This document shows positions 1 through 12,530 of a stretch of 64,000 bases of DNA, piece by piece. Below the pieces are notes generated by a model that saw only the letters and a program-made list of their open reading frames with translations, did no database searches and was not told where the DNA came from. Source of the stretch: the human T2T-CHM13v2.0 reference genome, Homo sapiens. Where the stretch lies: NCBI RefSeq assembly GCF_009914755.1, contig NC_060926.1; one strand, written 5' to 3'. Position 1 is the stretch's first letter. Each line of letters opens with the position of its first letter. Both the position numbers and the translations under genes were made by a program.

Positions 1-17
1 TCATCTTCAAACCCCTT

Positions 18-223
18 CTCCACTCAGGCCCTCTCCGCCTGCCCTCGGCTGCGACACTGGCGTAAGTGACATCACTTCTCACATGCACTGTCGTCAAGCC
101 CCCTGGCTGGTCTCCCTCCACTCAGGCCCTCTCCCCCTGCCCTCAGCCACGACGCTGGCGTGAGTGACACCACTTCTCACGGGCACTGTCCTCAAGCCGC
201 CTGGCTGGTCTCCCTCCACTCAG
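18..223. repeat. Tandem repeat, 98-bp unit x ~2.1
   Basis: CTCCACTCAG recurs at 18, 116 and 214; the intervening units align closely. Confidence 0.9.
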
Positions 224-1589
224 CCGCAGGGTGCCCCGTTGCTCACTCCCGTGTGCAAGCCCTGCAGTGGCCGCCCATGCCTTCAAGCCCTGGGGCGTGA
301 ACTTGAGGCCTTCAGTTCCCAGTGAGCCTCCTCTCTCCAGCGCATCCGGGCCTCTAACTCCACTGAAATGCCCAGTTTTTGTGCTCTCTGCACATAACTC
401 TGCTGGAACTTAACACTCTAAATGATGGCATGGAAGGAACGGGTGCCCATTTGGGGCTTGCCAATGTGGCCAGGAGCCTCCTATGGAGTCAGGAGCCCCA
501 CACTAGGGCGAGGTGTGTTCCTCCCCTTTCTCCTTGGGCAGTGATTCCTGAGGCAAGCAGAATCCCCAGGAAGAAAGGGTGAGCCGGGCATGGTTAGACC
601 CGAGGGAAGGGCCAGAGCTGCCCAGGCATCGTCAGTGCCAGGATAGATCGTCCGGAGCCCCTGTGTCCTCATGAGTGAACAGAATGTTTCAGATCCAGCT
701 AATTCCTCATAAAGCAATGTTTGTGAGGTTTCATTATCTCATTTTGTCTACTCTGGGATATTCCTTACATTTTCCAAAATAGAAGTCAAAACCAAATAAG
801 CAGACAGTAACACCAAGATGCCGCCTAGGACTGTCTACTCCTCTCCCTTGAGGTGAAGCTCCTCTTATTCAGATTTCATCCTCATTTCCACAAAATAAAA
901 CCCAACCTCCTCAACCTGACTTTGATGCTCTTATGCCTCAGATTTCCTTTATTTCCATTGTTATGTCCCACTGTGACCATCCCCATCCCTACACTCTGGC
1001 CACCCTGGAACATTTGCTTGTCTTTAGTCTCAAGTCATACTTCTCCTTCTTTGGGCTTTTGCTCTGGCATAATCTGGCAGGATTTGGGAAGGCTTCATGG
1101 AAACCGCATTGGCAGTGAGTCTTGAAGGTGAAGCAGTAAGACCCACACCCAAGACATGAGACGTGGAGGTGAGTTAGGGAGGAGGGTAGGGGCCGGGCCA
1201 CCAAAGTCCGTGGATGCCTCGCTTCTCAGGCAGTGGAAGCCGCAAAGTTGTTTTAAGCATGAATGAGACATGTCAACCTTATGGTCTGTGAAGTGCACAC
1301 TGACAACTCTACAGAGAATGAACTCAGAGAGGGAAGACTAGACTCTGGGGAGAGAAATTAGGGACTGTTGCAATAGCCCAGGTGTCAGGTCATGAGGGAG
1401 GAATTCAAGGAATATTTAGGAGATATAATCAGCTGGCTTTAGTGATGTGAATAAAGGGAGGGAGAGAGACTAGGGTGCCTCCTCAGTCTTAGTGGAGTGA
1501 TTGGGGTGAGGAGGAGGAACTATGGATGGAAAGATGATACGTTCACTATGTTTACCTTCTCTAAATTGCCTTTTAATAAAAATCTTCTA

Positions 1590-1735
1590 AGGGTATTATA
1601 TAAAAATACCTATTCTCAGGGCCTACCACTGACCTGTGAAATCAGAATATTCTGGGGGAAGGGCCTGGAAATCTGCATTTCAAAATGCACCTCAGATGAT
1701 TCTTACCATCAGCAGAGTTTCGGAAGCAATGCCCG
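1590..1735. mobile_element. MER5-type hAT-Charlie relic
   Basis: gaaatcagaat...ggggaagggcctggaaatctgcattt...cctcagatgattct resembles the MER5 consensus. Confidence 0.7.
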
Positions 1736-1779
1736 CTGTTGGGATGGCATGCCGCTGGTTTACCCTGGGACCTCCCCTG

Positions 1780-1883
1780 GAACTGTGAGTCCCCTGAGGC
1801 CTGCAGCTACCTCTTCATCTTTACTTCCCTAGATCCCAGCTCAGGGCAGGAGAGCCCACGGTCAGTGTTTGTTGAATGAATGA
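1780..1883 (+). mobile_element. L2 3' end relic
   Basis: Ends in gtcagtgtttgttgaatgaatga, the typical L2 tail. Confidence 0.6.
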
Positions 1884-2640
1884 GCTGATCTCCAAACCAT
1901 GACCGACTGTTTCCTCTTATAAACTGCGACGAATATCAGCTATGCCTCTGACTGTGGGGTTGGTTGGTCAGTCCTATTGTACCATTTGTCCAGATTGGAT
2001 TCAAACCCTCTTACTGCATCCCATCTGCCTATCTAGTTTGAAGGTTTCCTTCCAGGGTGACAGTCTCGTGTACTCTATAATTTCAAATATTAACTACTGG
2101 AGGCTTCTGCTTTTTGGTTTTTAAGTTGAACAATAGCGAAAAATAATTGCACTTTTTTTTTTTGTAATAAGAGAGGAAATGTTACCAATAGCAAGGTCTT
2201 CAAAAGGCCACTTCGCAAACGAAAAATTTACTTGAAGGCACACACTCTTTTGCTGGAGGCCAGGCTTGGTATGTTTCTGATTATACTGCTGACCCTCACC
2301 CTGAAAATCCTTTGTAGAAGGGCCTTTTTTCTAGACAGCCTACTGATGAGCAAATGATCTAACAGATTTCACACCACATAAATTTGAGCCTAATAAATGG
2401 CTTCAAATTCAGACCTCCTAATTCTGGTTTCAGAGAGGTAGTTCCCTTTACAAAGGCAATCATGTAGACAATTAATAAACACACACACAGCACCGGGAAA
2501 GGGTGAATTCTGCCTCAGCCCCCACCCCGAAAGCAAGCTCCGAATGACTGGCTTCGTGAAATGTAGATTTACCTTAGGCTTCTTGTTCTGGCAGAAGACA
2601 CGGCCGTGGTAAGGAAGGCCCACTTGGTCACGGATGTCTT

Positions 2641-2792
2641 CTGCCCTGTCCTGTACAGTAGCCACTAGACATATGTGGCTATTTAAATTTAAATGTATAT
2701 TAAAAATTAAAATGTCTGTCCTTTCGTGGTACTGGCCACATTTGAAATGCTTGGTCGCCACATGCTGTTAGGAGCTACTAAATTATAGTTCA
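2641..2792. mobile_element. MER3-type hAT-Charlie relic
   Basis: gtagccactagacatatgtggctatttaaatttaaat...ggccacatttgaaatgct. Confidence 0.7.
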
Positions 2793-3005
2793 GGATGGGA
2801 CTTTGCTATTGTCTCAGGGAGCTCTAGTGGACAGTGCTTGTCTATTATTTGGGCAAAACCTCTCAGGGCCCAGATTGCTCCTGTTTTGTCCCAGTTGTTG
2901 GCAACTGTACCTCCCCACCCTGGGACTGTGTTATTACATTATTCTATATAAACAAAATGAAGCAAAGTTCATACTGAAGAAAATTAGGGATTAAAAAGAA
3001 ATCCT

Positions 3006-3398
<393 letters not shown>

Positions 3399-4049
3399 CT
3401 ATTTTGGGTAGCATATTTACAGCTCTAGGGGAATGAACCCAATTATTTGGGGCCAGAAAATAAGATCTGTGTTCTCATCCCAGTAAGATAACTCCTCTGC
3501 CTCAATTCACCAGGCAATCGCTCTGGCTGCTAAGGGCCGGCATGTATCAGAGACTGTTAGGGGCAGCGAGGGCCCTGGACATCCCAAGGTCCACAACCTC
3601 GTGCAAGGGTGGCAAGAGCAGCAATGCGAGACTGTGCCAGAGCCACGAGGCCAGCGTGTAAGAGAACCAGTCCTCCTGCTTCCTCCTCACAGCTTGTTCT
3701 TAGCAGACAACATGCAGCCTCTTCCACCTCTTGAGCTTTGGTTGATTTCATTGTAAGATGGAGGAAAGACTTGGCCCTGAACTGTGGAGCGAGCTAATTC
3801 AATGCCAAGCCAAATCACATGCTTATGGGATTGCAGAGGTTCTGGGAGATGTGGCCCTAGATCTAAACTGTTGTAGCTCATCCCTAAAGATGGTCTTTTC
3901 AGCTTCTACAGTGGGAGATGGGCTTTGCCTCGTAAGATGAAGGATTCTCCAAACATGAGGAGGAGTTTCAAATTCGGGGCAGCCCAAAAGAATGACAAAT
4001 GTCCATCAATCTTCATACACAGATGCGACACACTGACATAATTTCATCC

Positions 4050-5060
4050 CAGGCATCACTCGTACAGACCTCTGTATCTTACTGTTTGACGTCTTTGTTT
4101 GTGGGGTGGTGGAGGTGCTATCTTAAAGACATCTTAAACCTAACATGTCCCAAAACTGAACTGATGATCACCCTTCTCAAATCTGATGCTCCCCAATATT
4201 CATTATGTTAAAGAATAGCACCACCATTATCTGAGTTAAATTAGTCAAAAAAGTCCTGGAGTTATTCTTGGCACCCCACAACCCCCGCCTTTCCATAACC
4301 AACTCATCACCAAGCTCTGTGGATTTTACCTCGTCAAGCTCCCCTGAGTCTGTTCATTTCTCTTCATATTCACCAATATCTTGGTCCAAGCTACCATTAT
4401 TGCTAACCTAGGCTATTGCTATCGCCCCCTGATTGGTGAACTGGTGCCTACTTTTCCTCCCATCTCATCCCAATGTATTCTCCTCATTGAAACCAGAGTG
4501 ACCCCTGAAATGAAATCTAACCTTGTCATCTCCCTGTTTTCAATTCTTCTATGACTTCCATTGACCTTAGGAGAAAGTCAAAGTTCCTTAATTGACTGCA
4601 AAGCTTTACATGGCCTGCTCCTTTGGTCTCACTGCTGAGCACATCTTCCCCCAGCTCTCATTTCAGATACGTCCCACAGCACTGGACAGTCTCTCACAAT
4701 CTTGCATTTCTTTCTCCCGTAGAGTCTTTGCTTTTTTTTCTTCCCAAATCACTCCTCTCCACCTTTCAGTTCTTGGCCTGTTAACTCCATTCACCCTCCC
4801 CGTCTTAACTCAAGCATTACTTCCTCAAGAGTATCTTTCGTGACTTCCCTGTCAAAATCAAATCCCCAATACAGGGGACCTCTACTTTAGAGTCACCATT
4901 ACAGCTGCAATGTCACATTTATTTGTGTGACAACTGGACAAACATCTTTCTTCCCAACTAGGTAGTCAGCTCCATGCTGATAGGAATCATGCCTCTGTCC
5001 TCAGCAAAGAACCCCTGGCCTGGTTCATAGTGAGCATGCTACAATATGAAATGATTGAAA
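4050..5060 (+). mobile_element. L2 3' fragment (~1 kb)
   Basis: catcttaaacctaacatgtcccaaaactgaact, ctggagttattcttg, accaagctctgtggattttacct and an L2-like 3' end. Confidence 0.75.
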
Positions 5061-5084
5061 GAGCTGCATGACTGAGTACTCGAC

Positions 5085-5290
5085 CTGGGCTTGAATCTTG
5101 GTTCCACTACTTCCTTAGTTTTGTGAATTCAGGTGAATCATTTAATCTATCTGAAACCCAGTTTCCTAATATATACAAAAAGGAGAACCTAGTAACTACT
5201 TCCCAGGGACTCGTGAGGATATATAAAATGTGATTGAGTGCCTGAAGCAGCCACAGTATCTGGTACACAGTTGGTATTCAGAAAATGGTG
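5085..5290 (+). mobile_element. MIR
   Basis: cctgggcttgaatcttggttccactactt...cagtttcct core. Confidence 0.75.
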
Positions 5291-5479
5291 ATTGTCATCA
5301 TCCAAATGTCTCTCCTGTTTGAGAATCTTCCCCATGGGAAGTCTAGGTATCCTACTTAATATCTTTGTAAAGTTTGTGTTTTTTTTTTTTTGCAACCAAA
5401 AATTCCATATGAAATGTAGCTCAAGTCCAGACTCACAAAATAGAAACATCAAGATTCAAACTTAAACCACTCCTGCTTC

Positions 5480-5720
5480 TAACATTTTTTGAGTGCTTAC
5501 TATGTGTCAAGAGCCATTCTAAAAACTTTACAAACGTTAACTCCTTCAATTCTATGAGCGCATCAGTCCTAGGAGGTGTGTACCATTATCCCTTTCTTAC
5601 CCAGAGGAAACTGAGACACAGTAAGGTTAAGTAACTTGTCCAAGGTCACACAGCTAACAAGTGCCAGAGCCAGGACTCATACCTAAATGGTCCTGAAACG
5701 TCCTTGCTTTTAATCATTGC
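5480..5720 (-). mobile_element. MIR
   Basis: gaggaaactgagacacagtaaggttaagtaacttgtccaaggtcacacagcta. Confidence 0.85.
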
Positions 5721-6539
5721 ATTCTGCTATTTTATTTGGCTTTTGTAGAATTTGCTCCCAAAGCAATGAAAAAGTGAACAAACAAAATGCTTGTAACATG
5801 TCATATAAACCATCCCCCTATCATAAGATCAAAATTATATAAAAGAGAAAAATGTACATAAGCTTGTCACTTGCATAGAATAAAGACATGAAAAGAAAAA
5901 GCCATAATAATTGAATGATAGAAATTTGGATAGTTAAAACATTTTCTTATTTTGTTTTTCACCTGTTTCCTACATTTTCAACACTTTAAAATGTGTTGCT
6001 ATTATAATCTAAAGAAACATAAACATTATTTTTTTAAAAAAGAAAAGTAAGTGAATTTCTAATTAGAAAAAAAGAAAAAGGAAGAAAACAAGAGTACTGC
6101 TGTAATCAAAATTCAAACAGGGAAATAAGAAGAGGGAGCATGGATGATGCTTGTCTACCTGAAGCATTGCTCCAGGAGACCTGTCTTGGGGCCCTGTGCT
6201 CCAGGCCCATCAGACAGCTGCAATTCGCATTCTTAGGCAAAGATCTCTTGGAATTTTAAATAATAACCCTGGGCCACAATTAGCCCACTCAGTATTGAGC
6301 AATAATGGGTAGTAGTAGCTGAGCCTGAACTCTCTGTCTTCACTACAGTGGAAAAACCCTAGACTGAACTGGGATAGAGAAGACATCTTGGGCTCTAGCC
6401 TGAGGTTGACTGCCCCCTCAAGGTGTGCCTTGGAGAATCTGTGGCCCCTTCATTAGCCAAAAAGCAGCAGCCATGTCTGCTTGATCACCCTTTAAACGTG
6501 CTGTGAGCTGCAAGCATACCAGCAAATCCTCACTCTTGC

Positions 6540-6745
6540 AAGTGCTTTGCATAGCTTGACTCATTTAAGCCTCAGGACAACACCGCAAGTTAGATATTAT
6601 TATCATCCCAATTGTACAGATAAAGAAACTGAGGTACAGAGCAGTTAAATAACCTGCCCAGGGCCATAGAATTAAGTGTAGAACTAGGATTCTAATTTAA
6701 GGAGTCTGACCGTCTAGTGAATTTATGTGGCAATAACCACTATGC
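6540..6745 (-). mobile_element. MIR
   Basis: tacagataaagaaactgaggtacagagcagttaaataacctgccca. Confidence 0.8.
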
Positions 6746-8426
6746 CAAGGGACATCTCTCAGCTTTGAATAAGATACGGTATGGAAAAGAGTTTGGAACA
6801 GTTCAAAACGCTGGATAAATGTCACTTGTTAGTTTGGGACATTTTAAAGGAAGTGGCTTCTTGGGCAATGTTTCAGAATGGCTGGTAATTAGGAAATAGG
6901 TATAAATCTAGAAAGTTCTGAACATAAATAAAACATTTCCATCTCTCATTGAAAAAAACTTTCCACCAAGGACACAGGAGAGTCCCCAAACAGGAAAGAG
7001 ATACTCCTTATTCAATAATGTGGTGGTTTTGTGTTTATATGTTCGGCTCCAGTAATCTGCCTTTCGGACAGTAGATATATCATGTAATTAGGTTTAGGAA
7101 AATTGCTTGGGCAAAGTGACCTTGAAGCTCCTTTCCTCCCTCCATCCATGCATCTATCTATTCATCAATGCAGTGAGCAGAAATTTGGTGCAAGTCCTAT
7201 ACTTGATCCATACTCCAAAGTTGGGTTACTTGCTCTGATGTGGTATTGTTTCCAAGCCTCCTGGGTGGAAGAAACCTAAAAAGGTCACCTGGTTCACTCA
7301 TTTGCCCACTTACCCTCTTCCACCTAAACTATCCCCAACAGATAGGATGTGGTTCTGTTTGCAGGGACCTCCAGGCAAGATGCGTCTCTGGCCTTCCCCT
7401 GGGAAGCCCTCATCAGCCCTTAATCAAAATGTTTAGGGCCCGTGGGAGAGCTAGCGGAGTCCCGCTTATCAAGGTGGGATTTATTTACTTACTGTCCAAA
7501 TCATTTCACATCAGATTGGCTTGTTGTTCCCTCCGCTCACCGGCTGGAGAGCGGAGGTGACAGATCACACCACTGCTTATTTAACCAACCATAAACAGGA
7601 CTTGAAAGAAGGGAGTTTGCTGCACATAGCTCATCTTTGGAGAATCCGACACGCATCAAGTTGATGGCAAACTTCTGTTCATTATCTGAAAACACTTTTT
7701 CTACTTTTTTTTCTTTTTCTGTTCCCAAAGGAAGATGTTTACTTCAGAAAACTCACTCGTTTTACCCCACTGAGAGGAGAGGAGGGTGGATCTAAGCCAG
7801 AAAGTTGCTTCCAGCCCAAATGGCCTGGGCTGTTGAAGGTTTTCCTTCCCACCGACATGGGCCTAAGGATAGGAGGCAGTTTACCAAATTTTATGGCTCC
7901 CTAAGTCTATCCAGTTTGCCAAAACCTCCTAAACTAACTGTTTTAATGGCATGGTTGGTTATCTACAACTTGGATGGCAATATGGCTAGATTATAGTGGA
8001 GCTGTAATAGCTTCATAAAGGTTGATCTTTATGACATTCAGGGGAAATATGTCATCCCATATTTCATGGAATAACTTCAATTTAAAGCGTTTTGTTCTTT
8101 TTTTCATTGCTCAAATGGAAGGAGGGGGTGAAGTAGTGGACATCCAAGAAGCTAAAGAAATAAATTCAAGAGAAAAAAATTAGGATAAAGATGCTGAGGA
8201 AAATTACCCGGATTAGGACAATAAAACTAGATGGGAAGGTAAAATAATAGCAGAAGAAAAAATGGAAGGATAACCCAATGCTTTGTTTAATGACCATTCT
8301 CAAGACAAGCTGCCCCAATTGAAAGGGACTGAAAGTGAGGTCACAGACACACACGCAGCATGGCAGGGTGCACACATGCATGCTTACCCTTTTCTAGAAC
8401 CAGTGAACGAGATTTTAATGTTGTAA

Positions 8427-8935
<509 letters not shown>

Positions 8936-9364
8936 TGTGTGGCATTATTTAGGGAAAGTCCTTTAACACTTGTTGAGACATTCTTGGAGCCCTGGAAATG
9001 TGAGACCTTCTTGGGGCCCTGGGAACTCTCACCATTTCTTATGCATTCTCAAATGATTGGGGTGATGAAAAGAGTCCAAATTATCCATCCCATGGTCTGA
9101 AGGGCCAGAGTGCAAACGCCTGATGCACATACTCAACGTGACCATAAATCCCCTGGTTTTCTCCTCTGTCCATAGGATGAGAATAATAGTCCCCACACTG
9201 GGTGCCTGTGAGAGTTAGGTGCCTGGGACACAGTACATCCTCATCAAATGTGAGCTCTCTACCACCTTTACAAGATGGTTAGTCAGGGTCTTATCAGAAT
9301 TTGATATTTCGAATGAAAAAATGTTTCTGTGTTTCTCTACTGTCTACCAAATATGAAAAGGCAT

Positions 9365-9914
9365 AGCAAACAGTTTCGTGGGTCCTTAATAAGCTAAACA
9401 TAGAATTACTATATGACCCAGCAATTCCACTCCCAGGTATCAACCCAAAAGAATTAAACACAAAAACTTGTCTAGAAAAGTTCACAACAGGCTTAGTCAC
9501 AATAGCTAAAAAGGTGCAACAACTCAAATGTCCAACTGACGAATAAACAAACAACATGTGGTATATCTGTGCAATGGAATAGTATTCAGCCATAACAAAG
9601 AGGGAAGTGTGATACACGCTGCGGCATGGAGGGGCCTTGAAAACTATCTTTGGTGAAAGTGAAAGGCACAGAAGGTCTATTTTGGAATAGCCAAATCCAT
9701 AGAGACAGAAAGCAGATTAGTAGCTGCTGAGGGCTGGGCAGAGAAAGAGAGGGTGACCATCTTGTGGGTACAGGGTTTCCTTTCGAGATGATGATGTTTT
9801 GAAACTAGATTGTATGACGATTGAACAATGTTATGAACGTACCAAATGCCACTGAATCGGACACTTTAAAATGGTAAATTGGATGTTATGTGTATTTTAC
9901 GATGATTTTTAAAA
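9365..9914 (+). mobile_element. L1MB-type 3' end
   Basis: atatgacccagcaattccactcccaggtat, aatccatagagacagaaagcagattag, cactttaaaatggtaaatt. Confidence 0.85.
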
Positions 9915-10279
9915 GGTTATAGCAATGAAGGCTCTATAATACTGCAGTGTCATCGTGGAGGATGCCGTTTGAAAAATCTGCAGTGAGCCTTCTTGGATGA
10001 CACATGGCTGTGTAAAGATGTATTTTTCCTCCGGCTCCATTTCGTACCAGCTCCTGAGGCCCCCGGCACACAGTCTGTGTGTAGCCTCCTGCCCACCCGT
10101 CGGGTCTCCACGCTGCTAGACAAAGCCCCTTTCTTACTCCGTGGTCAGGAGGAGCTGAGGGCACCGTGGATGCGTAAACATGGGCAGGAAGGCAGGCCGC
10201 CTGAAAGCTTCCAAAAGCCCCTTTCTGACAAGTGAAAAATGTTGGTGACTTGAAGTCACAGGGCCAGGCTTTTAACAAC

Positions 10280-10770
10280 CCTCAGCGTATTTATTTAACC
10301 CAGTAAATACGTTTATTAGCAAGGCCGCCTCCTTTGTAGAGCAGGTAATGGATTCCCCATATGTTTCTGCTTTGCAGGCCGGGCCACGACGGCTCACACC
10401 TCGCTCTCCTCCTGCCTCCGAGGTTAAGACCTCGGTGTGTTGCCACTTTCGGCCTCAGCCCCTCGTGTGTGTAATTACAGCCGTTCCCAGAGAGAAGGAA
10501 ATCCCCGGGCTTCGGCCTTAACTAGCCCCGGCGTTACACTACCAAAGGGCATGTCTCAGAGGGGGAAGAGAGAGGTAATAAAGCTTTCACGTTATTAACT
10601 TTTTCCTTCTGAAAAGAAGCCTGAAAAATGCCATTGCACCACATTAAAGGCCGTATGTGAGAGCCGCCACCGCCTAATGAGGGGCTCGGACCCCGGGCCA
10701 CATGCGAGGGCTTTGGGGGCCCCTTTTAACTGAACCTTGATGTCGTGCCAGCCCTGGGGGTGCGGCCATG
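10280..10770. promoter_or_regulatory. CpG-rich non-repeat segment, candidate enhancer or weak CpG island
   Basis: About 25 CpGs in ~490 bp by eye; NF-kB-type GGAAATCCCC at 10497-10506; several TAAT cores. Confidence 0.4.
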
Positions 10771-11792
10771 AGGTGGGGAGGGGGTTGGGCTGTGCCCACC
10801 CCTGCTCGGGGCTGAGGTTTGCACCTGACTCAGGGGATGCAGGCCCAGACAAGCAGGATGCCACCCAGGACCAGCAGAGGTGAGTGGGGCCCGGATCTCA
10901 GATGAATGAGCAGGGTTCCTCTCTAGAGCCCTGTGTGGAGGTGACAAGGAAGCAGCAGGAACAGAGTGACCAGGGGGAGGACAGGTGTGTCTAGCACTGG
11001 GCTGCCCACCTGAAGGTGTGATGAGCCACAGGCCACATCTGGGCCAATGAGCCACATGTGGGCCGAGGACCCCCCAGAGCACGACGCAGGAGTTGGGACC
11101 ACCAGAGTGAACTGCAGTGTCACCGAAGACGCAGCTTCCAGATCTTTCCCCCAGATCTCAGGCATCCTACCCCATAGGCCAACAGAAAGATTTTTAACCA
11201 TTTTAACATGTTTTGATGTTTTGAGACTGGGTAAGATTTCTTGCCTGGGCATTCCAGGGAAATCCAGCGCTCATGCTTATGCGTCGTGAGGCCGTGGAAA
11301 GACACAGGACTGTTGGAGATGACACCCAGGTGTGTGCTAAGAGCTCGGGCGGGCCCCTCTGCTCTCACTCTCCTGAGGCCACAGTCTGGGCTCCCTCGTC
11401 CACACTGCAAGGCTGTGTGTGCTGAGAAGGGCTAGGGGGCAGGCAGGAGTCAGGAACCAGGGTGAGCAGCTCTCCTTCCTTCACAGTCCCTCCCCACGCC
11501 TCCCCAGCACTGGGCTAGGAGAAAAGTGGGCAAAGTCCTGTGGAGGGTGGAGAAAACTAGCCTAGCCCCTAGAGTTTGCTTCCTGGTGCAGGGGATGTTT
11601 GCCTTCTTCTGGTCCTCTGGTCTGTTGGACTATTTTGCAGGCACCCTGCCTGGTCCAGGGAGACTTCACCAGCTCCACTCTTGGAAATCTGTGTCTCCCG
11701 TCTGAAAGCTTCTGGGGATAGGGGCCGCTTTCCTATTTACTTGCCCCACCATAATACTGACTTTATGGCCTCATCAAAACAAGCCCTGATCT

Positions 11793-11917
11793 GGAACCAC
11801 TGCGTGTAGTTGTGCAGGCTGGGTGCGGGCAAGTTCCTGGGATGGTGAGGCGATCGTGTTCACTATGGTGTGAATGGAGCCCCGCCACGTCCCACAGCCA
11901 TGCAATGAGAAAGCCCT
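11793..11917. mobile_element. MER91-like hAT relic
   Basis: gtagttgtgcaggct...tgtgaatggagcccc resembles the MER91 palindrome. Confidence 0.45.
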
Positions 11918-12054
11918 GCTGATCTGTCCAAATTCTGGCATGGGAGAGCTGGCAGTGCCCATTGCACAATGAATGCACAGATGTGGAGACCAAGACCCAG
12001 GGAGAACAGGGTTCAATTGGTATTGAATTCGCCCTTGCAATGAACAAAGCAGTT

Positions 12055-12235
12055 TTGCACACCTTTTCTCATTTAACGCTCTTTGTGAGAGCACACAGGT
12101 GTTAATAATCCTATTTTACATACAGGTAAAGTGAGAACCACCCGGGCAAGGGACTTGCCCAACTGCATGTGGCCGGGCATGGCAGGACCAGGGCCTGGGT
12201 CTCCTGATATCTCCTCTAATGGTCTTGCCACAAGA
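12055..12235 (-). mobile_element. MIR
   Basis: ataatcctattttacatacaggtaaagtgag...gacttgcccaa. Confidence 0.65.
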
Positions 12236-12428
12236 CATGGGCCACCTGCGAGGCTGCTAGACTCATCCCCAGCCTTTGTAGGTGAAGGATGTTTAGGCAT
12301 CTCTGCATCATCTGTATCTGTGTACTCCTTGAAGGTAGCTGCTCTCCTCAACCTCAACAGATAACTCTGCGTTTAAATGTCAACTCTGCTAGCTGACTCC
12401 TCATAGGCAAAGCACTGATCTCATTGTC

Positions 12429-12530
12429 CATTTATTCATTCAACAGGTATTTATTAGTGGTTGCTGTGTGCCAGCCATGGCACTGGGGATGTCATGGTAA
12501 ACAAAGCACACACAAATCCCTGCTCATGAA
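12429..12530 (-). mobile_element. L2 3' end relic
   Basis: ttattcattcaacaggtatttatt...tgtgtgccag. Confidence 0.65.
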
